Assembly: GCA_049609665.1 (NCBI GenBank)
Contig: JBMYYT010000001.1
Coordinates: forward strand, 1-43,661
Source of the DNA: Flavobacteriales bacterium
GTDB taxonomy: Bacteria; Bacteroidota; Bacteroidia; Flavobacteriales_D; CAJJDF01
Reading direction: 5' to 3'
DNA: 43,661 bases
Shown here: positions 1-7,768 of the stretch, piece by piece
Layout of the letters: the number at the start of each line of letters is the position of its first letter
Numbering within the stretch: position 1 is the stretch's first letter
Notes under the pieces: model-generated
Database searches by the model: none
Told to the model about the DNA's origin: nothing
Seen by the model: the letters and a program-made list of their open reading frames with translations, nothing else
Translations under genes and position numbers: made by a program

Positions 1-168
1 AATAAAGTAGAGTTCAAAGGAAAGAAGTTGTTGGAATCAAACAAGTACAAAAGCACTTTGTTTATTAACGGAAAAAAAATAAATTCAACAGCCAGTAAAT
101 CCAAAAAAGAAGCAGAAGTTGAGCTATCTGAAAAAGCTTTAAAGATCTTGTTTTCGGATGAATATTAA
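1..168 (+). CDS. rnc: ribonuclease III, C-terminal dsRNA-binding domain (5' part off-window)
   Basis: Frame 1 is open from base 1 to TAA at 166-168. The translation ...FINGKKINSTASKSKKEAEVELSEKALKILFSDEY* has the G-x-x-x-SKKEAE-x-x-x-x-x-AL pattern typical of a dsRBD C-terminus as in RNase III. Confidence 0.5.
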   Translation, partial: NKVEFKGKKLLESNKYKSTLFINGKKINSTASKSKKEAEVELSEKALKILFSDEY

Positions 169-192
169 TATTTAACATCACTTATTTCTAAT

Positions 193-1425
193 ATGAAAAA
201 ACGTTTAATCAACATCAAACAGTTATCTGGTATTCAGGAAAACATTTCCAAATTAAAACTCAAAGGAAAAGAAATGGGAGTGTTGAATACCATTGAAAAT
301 GGGTATTTAGAAATAGAAAACGGATTGATTTCAAACTTCGGTAAGATGGAAGATTTATCTGAGACTAAAGTTGAAGAAACAATTGATTGTTCGGGTAAAG
401 TCGTATTGCCAGCTTGGTGCGATTCTCATACTCATTTGGTATTTGCAGGTACACGTGAAACTGAATTTGTAGATAGAATAAATGGATTAACATATGAAGA
501 AATTGCTGCCAGAGGAGGAGGAATTATAAATTCTGCCAAACGATTACAATCAGCCACCGAAGAAGAATTGTATCAAGCTGCTTGGAACCGATTAGAGGAA
601 ATTAAAAGCATGGGAACTGGAGCGGTGGAAATAAAAAGCGGCTATGGATTATCTCTTGAAGCAGAGCTAAAAATTTTAAGAGTAGTCAAACGATTAAAAG
701 CAGATTCTGACTTAACCATTAAAGCTACTTTCTTGGGAGCACATGCCGTTCCGCCTGAGTTTAAAGGAAATAAAGACGGCTATTTGGATATGTTAATCAA
801 CGAAGTGCTTCCCGTTATTAAAGAAGAAAACTTAGCCGACTACATTGATATATTTTGCGAAACCAATTATTTCACTGTGGCGGATGCTGAGCGAATTATG
901 GAAGCTGGAGCAAAATATGGATTGCAATCCAAGATTCACGTCAATCAATTTACCAGCATTGGTGGAATCCAAGCTGGAATAAAACACAATGCGCTATCGT
1001 TGGATCATTTAGAGGTAATGACCGATCAAGATATCGCTGATTTACATAAATCTGAAACTATGCCGACAGCACTTCCATCGTGTTCATTCTTTTTAAAGAT
1101 TCCTTTTGCACCAGTTCGAAAAATGATTGATGAAGGACTGGCTATTGCCTTAGCTACAGATTATAATCCGGGTTCAACTCCTTCTGGAAAGATTCCTTTT
1201 GTGATTTCATTGGCATGTATTTATCAAAGACTAACTCCTGAAGAAGCAATTAATGCAGTGACAATGAATTCGGCTTATGCGATGGGGATAAGTGACACTC
1301 ACGGTTCAATTACAATAGGTAAAAAAGCAAACTTGATAGTTACTAAAGAGATTTCAAGTTATAATTATATCCCTTATGCTTTTGGAGGAAACCATGTGGA
1401 AAGGGTTATTTTAAGAGGGGAATAA
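193..1425 (+). CDS. hutI: imidazolonepropionase (histidine utilisation)
   Basis: 410-aa ORF. It carries the amidohydrolase HxH metal motif 'CDSHTHLVFAG', then 'KIHVNQF' and 'ATDYNPGS', collinear with HutI. Confidence 0.88.
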   Translation: MKKRLINIKQLSGIQENISKLKLKGKEMGVLNTIENGYLEIENGLISNFGKMEDLSETKVEETIDCSGKVVLPAWCDSHTHLVFAGTRETEFVDRINGLTYEEIAARGGGIINSAKRLQSATEEELYQAAWNRLEEIKSMGTGAVEIKSGYGLSLEAELKILRVVKRLKADSDLTIKATFLGAHAVPPEFKGNKDGYLDMLINEVLPVIKEENLADYIDIFCETNYFTVADAERIMEAGAKYGLQSKIHVNQFTSIGGIQAGIKHNALSLDHLEVMTDQDIADLHKSETMPTALPSCSFFLKIPFAPVRKMIDEGLAIALATDYNPGSTPSGKIPFVISLACIYQRLTPEEAINAVTMNSAYAMGISDTHGSITIGKKANLIVTKEISSYNYIPYAFGGNHVERVILRGE

Positions 1426-1453
1426 TTATTAAAGACTTCCCATCTTCAATGTC

Positions 1454-1473
1454 ATTCCTGCGAAGGCAGGAAT
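1454..1473 (+). terminator. GC-containing stem-loop after hutI (possible terminator or REP-like element)
   Basis: Perfect 8-bp stem ATTCCTGC/GCAGGAAT with a GAAG loop, 29 nt after the hutI stop. No U-tract follows. Confidence 0.35.
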
Positions 1474-1501
1474 CTTAAAACGAGAATTAAAAATATAGAT
1501 T

Positions 1502-2152
1502 ATGAAAATTTTGTTTTATTTAAGTGTGCTATTGTTCTTTTCATGCGGGTATGAGGCTGGTTTACCGGCCGTATTACCCGCAAACACTCTTATTGATGAG
1601 AACAATATTCCTGAGGAAAATACATTAAAAATTACGATAACTAATGATAATGAAATTAATGTTGAACAGTTAGAAAGTCAATCTTTTACTGAAATTCAAA
1701 ATCATATTAGACATTTTTTAAAGAAAGATTTGAAAAAGGACACGAGTCAACCAAACATAATGTTTTTAACTGAAGAACTGTGTGATGAAAAGATTAATAT
1801 CTTAAAAAATCACACTTCGGATGTATCAAAAGAAGAATTAACAAATTGGAAGAAAAAACTTTTAGCGGTAAAAACTATTGGTAATTTTTATGTGACAAAC
1901 GACTCTTCATTTATTGAAATAAATTATTCCAAATCTAATTCTTACGGTGACTATTTGGTGGTAAGAGATATTATAATGACAACTATAAATGACCTTCGTA
2001 ATGAATTATCAATCGTGAAATTTGGGAGTACTTATGAAGAACTTGAAGACTTTCAGGAGAACAAAAAGAATGAAGTAAATGCTGAGAAAATAAATGCCTT
2101 AAGATTAGCTTTTCCTCAAAATATTCGAAAACGAAAAATAGATAAAATTTAA
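1502..2152 (+). CDS. hypothetical lipoprotein
   Basis: 216-aa ORF. The N-terminus MKILFYLSVLLFFSC has a hydrophobic core followed by a lipobox-like Cys. No recognisable catalytic motif. Confidence 0.55.
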   Translation: MKILFYLSVLLFFSCGYEAGLPAVLPANTLIDENNIPEENTLKITITNDNEINVEQLESQSFTEIQNHIRHFLKKDLKKDTSQPNIMFLTEELCDEKINILKNHTSDVSKEELTNWKKKLLAVKTIGNFYVTNDSSFIEINYSKSNSYGDYLVVRDIIMTTINDLRNELSIVKFGSTYEELEDFQENKKNEVNAEKINALRLAFPQNIRKRKIDKI

Positions 2153-2826
2153 ACAAAAGCATCCCAAACCACTTCCCTTGGAGGATTAGCAGTAATTTCA
2201 ATAGGTTCCTTTTTAACAGGATGAATAAACGAAACTCCTCGAGCATGAAGATGAATTGACCCGTCTGGGTTAGACCTTTTTGCTCCATATTTTAAATCTC
2301 CTTTTATTGGACAACCAATAAAACTCAATTGAGTTCTAATTTGGTGGTGACGTCCTGTTTTTGGATGAACTTCAAGCAAATAATAATTCTTGGATTTAGC
2401 GATTAATTTATAAGTCAAAATCGCCTCTTTACATTTGCTACCAATACTTTTGGGATAAGCGTAAGACTTATTTTGTTGGTTGTTTCTTTTTAACCAATGA
2501 GTCAATGTTGCAGATTCATCGCCAGGTTGGTTTTGAACTACTGCCCAATAAGTCTTTGAAATGGTTTTGTCCTGAAACATTTTATTGAGGCGAGTAAGAG
2601 CTTTACTGGTTCTGGCAAAAATAACAATTCCACTGGTCGGTCTATCAATACGATGGGTTACGCCTAAATAGACCTCTCCTGGTTTGTTGTATTTCACTTT
2701 GATGTATTCCTTTACCATTTCAGACAAAGGTTTGTCACCAGTTTTGTCACCTTGCACCAAATCCCCAGAACGCTTATTTACAGCAATTATATGATTGTCT
2801 TCGTAAAGGATTTCTAATTTCGTCAT
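2149..2826 (-). CDS. RluA-family pseudouridine synthase
   Basis: 225-aa ORF with the catalytic motif 'HRIDRPTSG' and 'HQIR'. It lacks an S4 domain, as in RluA-like enzymes. It starts 1 nt after the prfB stop. Confidence 0.85.
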   Translation of the reverse strand: MTKLEILYEDNHIIAVNKRSGDLVQGDKTGDKPLSEMVKEYIKVKYNKPGEVYLGVTHRIDRPTSGIVIFARTSKALTRLNKMFQDKTISKTYWAVVQNQPGDESATLTHWLKRNNQQNKSYAYPKSIGSKCKEAILTYKLIAKSKNYYLLEVHPKTGRHHQIRTQLSFIGCPIKGDLKYGAKRSNPDGSIHLHARGVSFIHPVKKEPIEITANPPREVVWDAFV

Positions 2827-2827
2827 C

Positions 2828-3905
2828 TTAATTCTCCATTAAATAGGCTTTCAAAAATCCATCTAAGTTTCCATCCAGCACAGCATCAGGATTGCTTTCT
2901 TGATAATTGGTTCTGTGGTCTTTTACTCTTCTATCGTCCAGCACATAACTTCGTATTTGAGAACCCCATTCAATTTTCTTTTTATCTCCTTCAATCTCGT
3001 TTCTTGCCTCAAGTTGCTTTTGCATTTCAATTTCATACAACTGAGATTTAAGCAGTTGCATGGCTTTTTCTCTGTTTCCAAGTTGAGAACGGGTTTCAGT
3101 ATTTTCAATTACAATTCCAGATGGTGCATGTTTTAGCCTTACACCAGTTTCAACCTTATTCACATTTTGACCACCAGCTCCACCACTCCTAAATGTATCC
3201 CAAGAAATATCAGCAGGATTTATTTTAATGTCAATAGTATCATCCACAAGTGGATAAACATAAACCGAAGCGAAAGAAGTCATTCTTTTCCCCTGAGCAT
3301 TAAATGGACTCACTCTCACCAATCGATGAACGCCATTTTCTCCTTTCAGATAGCCAAACGCAAATTCACCGTCAATTTCTAAAGTTACCGTTTTGATTCC
3401 AGCAGCATCTCCCGCTTGGAAGTTCAATTCTTTTACTTTGTTGCCGTTTTTCTCACTCCACATGAGGTACATTCTCATGAGCATTTCCGCAAAATCACAG
3501 CTTTCCGTTCCTCCAGCTCCGGCAGTAATTTGAAGCACAGCACTAAGTTTATCTTGCTCGGCTGAGAGCATGTTTTTAAATTCTAAATCCTCCAGTTGTT
3601 CAACAAGTTTGGCGTGATTTGAATCTATTTCAGGTTCATTATCTTCTCCTTCATTAAAAAATTCAATGAGGACTTCCAAATCCTCTTTCATCGAAACAAG
3701 CGAATCAAAGGTTTTGGTCCAATACTTTTTACTGTTGATTTGTTTTAGGATTTTTTCGGCCTCTTTAGGGTCATCCCAAAAATTAGGATCATGAGTTTTG
3801 ATTTCTTCTTCTTCAATCTCTACTCTTTTTTTATCTAAGTCAAAGATAGCGGTTTAAGTCCGCCAGTCTGTTTTTTACGTCCGTAATTTGGTCTTGATTT
3901 ATCAT
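2828..3905 (-). CDS. prfB: peptide chain release factor 2, with programmed +1 frameshift
   Basis: The main ORF has the SPF tripeptide ('VSPFNAQGKR') and the GGQ motif ('GGAGGQNVNKVETG'). A short upstream frame starts at ATG 3905 (MINQDQITDVKNRLADLNRYL) and ends at CTT TGA C. Shifting +1 at that site joins it in frame to DLDKKRVEIEEEE...MKEDLEV. (3841-3691 is divisible by 3.). Confidence 0.92.
3839..3848 (-). promoter_or_regulatory. RF2 autoregulatory +1 frameshift site (TAT CTT TGA C)
   Basis: The minus strand reads ...AAC CGC TAT CTT TGA C. This is identical to the canonical prfB slippery CUU-UGA-C context. Confidence 0.88.
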
Positions 3906-3941
3906 GCGATAAAGATAGTTCTTTTAGCTTTTAATTTTCAA

Positions 3942-5846
3942 TTAATTTTTCACTAATTTCAATGTTGACTTTTTGTTCTCCCCGACTAAATTTAAGAAAT
4001 AAACACCCGAACTTCCTTCAAAACTAATTTCATATTGAGTCACATTTTTTGGAGTTATTTCTTTTACTAATCTTCCGTTTATGTCTGTGATAAAAATTGA
4101 AGTTAGCTTAATTGCCTCTTCAAATTTCAAAGTGAAAGTTCCATGAGTTGGATTTGGATAAACCTCAGTATTAATTATAGTTTTTTCAGAAATGGAAATA
4201 TAATTCGATGCGTTTCTTTCGCAAGCTCCAATATCCCTCCTTACATCATTTATATCACCATTTTGAGCTTCATCAAAATCGGTTGGTTCTCCTCTGTTCA
4301 ACAATGGACTTCCTGATTTAGGCATTAAGGTTTTTGTTGGATCTCCATTATATCTTATAGTATCTAACAAAATTACGGAGGAGTCTGCTCCAATTAAATC
4401 AGTAGACAAATAACCAGAGGTCAGATTATCAGAAAAAGCATTGTAGCCAAAGGAGGTAATTCCGGAAGTTGGGAAAAGGAAGTAGCTTGTGGGTTTATTA
4501 TCAGAGAAAATACTGTTTTTCATTGTAATAATGGAAGTCCCACCAAATGAATTCATTAGTATGCCTCCATATCCTCCTCCAGTTCGCTTAGTTTCATTCT
4601 GATAAATAGTTGATTTATTAATATGTAATTTACAAGAACCAGAACTACTCGTTGCGGTAATAGCAGCACCTCCACCTGTTGTGGTTATGTTTCTATAAAG
4701 AGTTGAGGTTTCGATGTTTATTAGGGATAATGTATGAGCACGAGAAAAAATCCCTCCTCCATTTACATCTGTAATGTTATTACAAAGTGTAGAATTAAAA
4801 ACTCTTATCTCAGAGGTATCTGCTCTACTATAACAAAATAAGCCTGCCCCTGTATTATGAGAAATGTTGTCTTCAATTTGATTATTGATACATTCTAAAT
4901 CAGCTTTTTGCTCAGAATCTATACTTACAGCTCCTCCGTTAATTTGAGCAAAGTTTCTTAAATATTTTGTCGTGTATGAGTAAAAACGAATTGGAGAGGA
5001 AGATCCTGTACTTTGAATTGAAATCGCTCCACCACTGCCATAAAGTGCACTGTTTTCAATTAGTTCTGAATTGTAAACTTCAAATTTTGTGTATCCTCCA
5101 AATGATATGTTATACAACCAGATTGCTCCACCTCCTGTTCCATGAGATAAATTTCTATACCAAGTTGACTCCTCAATGTTTATTTCCACGTTATTTGATG
5201 AATGAACATATAAAGCGGCACCTAACGATTTTGAAAAGTTTGAATCTGCATAATTATTTACATAATTAATAGATAGAAAACCGCCATTATAAATATAAAT
5301 TCCTCCCCCTAATGCTTCAGATTTATTGTGAGAAAAAGTTGAGTTTGTAAAATCAATGATTGAGTTGAACTTGTTGGTTGAGATATAGATTCCTCCACCG
5401 TTTCCGGTAGCAGAACAATTTTTAACCATTGAATTAGTTATTTGCACCGTATCTATGCCAAAAAATTTTAGACCACCTCCGTGGTTGATCGATTTGCTAT
5501 CAATAATTGAGATTGAATCAAGCACAACTTTGGAGACTCCGGAAAAATAGAAAGGTGTAATTTGATTGGAACCAGAAATAAATAAAGTATCTGTACTATT
5601 ATAGGACCCTTTGAACACCAGTTTTTTGGAAACGTTAATTGTGCTGGATAAAAAAATAGTGTCATTACCAACATTTAATAGGGAAGAATTGAACCTTATG
5701 GTATCTCCTATGAGTGCAATACTTACGGCATCTCTCAAAGACCCAAATCCCGAATCTTGAGTATTAGTAACAGTAATTGTGTTTGAATAATTAACAATAT
5801 ATAGGAGTAAGAAGACAAGAGAAATTAATGTGTTTTTTATTTTCAT
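3942..5846 (-). CDS. secreted Pmp-like parallel beta-helix repeat protein with T9SS C-terminal sorting domain (paralogue 1, short form)
   Basis: 634 aa. Signal peptide, then cap 'NTITVTNTQDSGFGSLRDAVSIALIGDTIRF...YNSTDTLFISG'. Repeated rungs such as 'NSTFSHNKSEALGGGIYI'. Then 'GYNAFSDN...YNGDPTKTLMPKSGSPLLNRGEPTDFDEAQNG...RRDIGACE'. C-terminal 'VYPNPTHGTFTLKF...GVYFLNL...KLVKN' (about 3945-4163) looks like a type-A T9SS CTD. Confidence 0.85.
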   Translation of the reverse strand: MKIKNTLISLVFLLLYIVNYSNTITVTNTQDSGFGSLRDAVSIALIGDTIRFNSSLLNVGNDTIFLSSTINVSKKLVFKGSYNSTDTLFISGSNQITPFYFSGVSKVVLDSISIIDSKSINHGGGLKFFGIDTVQITNSMVKNCSATGNGGGIYISTNKFNSIIDFTNSTFSHNKSEALGGGIYIYNGGFLSINYVNNYADSNFSKSLGAALYVHSSNNVEINIEESTWYRNLSHGTGGGAIWLYNISFGGYTKFEVYNSELIENSALYGSGGAISIQSTGSSSPIRFYSYTTKYLRNFAQINGGAVSIDSEQKADLECINNQIEDNISHNTGAGLFCYSRADTSEIRVFNSTLCNNITDVNGGGIFSRAHTLSLINIETSTLYRNITTTGGGAAITATSSSGSCKLHINKSTIYQNETKRTGGGYGGILMNSFGGTSIITMKNSIFSDNKPTSYFLFPTSGITSFGYNAFSDNLTSGYLSTDLIGADSSVILLDTIRYNGDPTKTLMPKSGSPLLNRGEPTDFDEAQNGDINDVRRDIGACERNASNYISISEKTIINTEVYPNPTHGTFTLKFEEAIKLTSIFITDINGRLVKEITPKNVTQYEISFEGSSGVYFLNLVGENKKSTLKLVKN

Positions 5847-5863
5847 CTAATTAATAAATAGGG

Positions 5864-7768
5864 TTATAACTTCATTAGTTTTATCGTTTTTATTTCATGG
5901 ACTCCAATTATATTCAAAAAATATAGTCCTGGAATAGCATCAAAATTAATCAAATACTTAGAGTTGTTAGTTGGGGTTATTTCCTTAACTACCCTTCCGT
6001 TTATATCTGAGATAAACAACTGTTTAATAAGGAGTCCGTCTTCAGTTAACAATGTAAATGTTCCGTTGAAAGGATTAGGAAATACTTTAGAAAGAGAATT
6101 AGATTTTTCAGAAATAGAGATATATCCAGAAGCATTTCTTTCACAAGCCCCCATATCTCTTCTCGAATCAAAAATATTTCCGTTTTGAGCTTCATCAAAA
6201 TTGGAAGGATCACCTCTATTAATCAATGGACTTCCGCTTTTTGGCATATGTGTTTTGGTAGAATCTCCATTAAATTTCAAGGTGTCCAACATTATCATAG
6301 TTGAATCTGCTCCGATTAAATCGGTTGTTAAATAACCTGATAAAAGATTGTCGGAAAACACATTGTATCCTAATGAAGTTATAGCTCCTTGGTTGTAGCG
6401 GTAATAACTTATAGGTTTGTTGTCAGCAAAAATTGTGTTTTGCATTTTAATCTGTCCCAAATTAGAGATTCCAGAAAAGCAATCTATTCCGCCTGCGGAA
6501 TTAATTCCAGCTTTATTTTGATAAATGGTGGATTTCATAATGTTTATATCGCACCTTCCTGGACTGCTATGTGCAAATATTGCTCCGCCTTTTCCTGCCG
6601 AACTGTTATTTGAAATAGTAGAGGTTTCTATGCTTAAACCAGTATAGTTTTCAGAAGTAATGAAGATAGCCCCTCCGTTGTTATTTGAGGTGTTGGAGCA
6701 CATAGTGGAATTAAAAATTCTTAATTCAGCTGTGTCGTTGATGCTATAACAAGAAATAACTCCGCCTTGGTAGTTGTTAGCACTATTGTTTTCAAAGTGG
6801 GAGTTTATACATTCAGCATCTATATTCTTGTCTGCTGTGATATGAATACTCCCCCCTCCAGCATTGGCACTATTGTTTGTAAATTTATTGGCATAGGAAT
6901 AAAAACTTAATGATTCATTAGTGCCTTGGGAGCCTAATCCTATTGCTCCGCCATTTCCAAAAGTTGTAATGTTGTTCAAAAAAATAGAGTTATAAACTTT
7001 AATATGTGATAGCCCATTCCAGTTGTTACTTGAAAAACAGAAAGCACCGCCAGAACCTTGGTCAGAAACATTGTTAGAAAACTTGGTTTCCTCAAGAGTA
7101 GCAATCAAGTTTTCTCTTGAGAGAAGAAAAACAGCTCCTCCATTCTTTCTGGAGGAATTGGAATCAAATAGGCAATTAATTATTGATAGTTTTAATAAGC
7201 TTAAGTGGCTATTTATTACCATTGCCCCTCCATCCCAATTACTTCTATTGAAAGAGAACTTGCAATTCTTAAAACGAATAACTGAGTGTACCCCTATGTT
7301 GTTAAAAATAATTCCGCCACCGCTGGTTGTAGACTTACAGTTCTTTACAATTGAATTGCTAATTGTAATGGTATCAACGTTGGTTAAGATTATTCCTCCA
7401 CCTGCTCCTGCTGCAAATCCGTCAACTATCACAATTGAATCCATAATTAACTTATCAAATCCATTAAATTCTAACGGAGAAATTAAATTGGATCCAGAAA
7501 TAAATAAAGTATCCGATGAATTGTAGAGCCCTTTCAAAACCGTGTTTTTTGAAAAGGTAATAGTAGAGGTTAGAAAAATGGTGTTGTTTCCACTTGCGAT
7601 CAATGCCGGGTCAAATCTTATCGTATCTCCAATTAAAGAAAAAGAAACAGCATCCCGTAAGGATCCAAAACCAGAGTCCAAGGTATTTGTAACTGTTATG
7701 GTATTAGAATAAGCGTTCATGTGGGTCAAAAACAAGAATGTAGCAATTATTGATTTTAGAATTTTCAT
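5864..7768 (-). CDS. secreted Pmp-like beta-helix/T9SS-CTD protein (paralogue 2, short form)
   Basis: 634 aa, collinear with paralogue 1 at the same length and roughly half identical by eye. Cap 'NTITVTNTLDSGFGSLRDAVSFSLIGDTIRF'. CTD 'VFPNPFNGTFTL...GLYFLNI'. Its ATG overlaps the upstream stop (ATGA). Confidence 0.85.
   Translation of the reverse strand: MKILKSIIATFLFLTHMNAYSNTITVTNTLDSGFGSLRDAVSFSLIGDTIRFDPALIASGNNTIFLTSTITFSKNTVLKGLYNSSDTLFISGSNLISPLEFNGFDKLIMDSIVIVDGFAAGAGGGIILTNVDTITISNSIVKNCKSTTSGGGIIFNNIGVHSVIRFKNCKFSFNRSNWDGGAMVINSHLSLLKLSIINCLFDSNSSRKNGGAVFLLSRENLIATLEETKFSNNVSDQGSGGAFCFSSNNWNGLSHIKVYNSIFLNNITTFGNGGAIGLGSQGTNESLSFYSYANKFTNNSANAGGGSIHITADKNIDAECINSHFENNSANNYQGGVISCYSINDTAELRIFNSTMCSNTSNNNGGAIFITSENYTGLSIETSTISNNSSAGKGGAIFAHSSPGRCDINIMKSTIYQNKAGINSAGGIDCFSGISNLGQIKMQNTIFADNKPISYYRYNQGAITSLGYNVFSDNLLSGYLTTDLIGADSTMIMLDTLKFNGDSTKTHMPKSGSPLINRGDPSNFDEAQNGNIFDSRRDMGACERNASGYISISEKSNSLSKVFPNPFNGTFTLLTEDGLLIKQLFISDINGRVVKEITPTNNSKYLINFDAIPGLYFLNIIGVHEIKTIKLMKL

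Noticed and set aside
7023-7526. 167-aa antisense ORF, and many other 60-140-aa ORFs nested opposite or out of frame within large genes. Examples: 1983-2288, 2900-3136, 4967-5269, 7808-8119, 19773-19982, 22872-23201, 26776-27201, 35108-35362, 36073-36450, 41287-41592.
   Set aside because: All lie entirely inside longer ORFs that carry clear protein-family motifs. Their translations are low-complexity; for example, Pro-rich stretches are simply the reverse complement of the GGxGG rungs. Such ORFs are expected by chance in AT-rich DNA.
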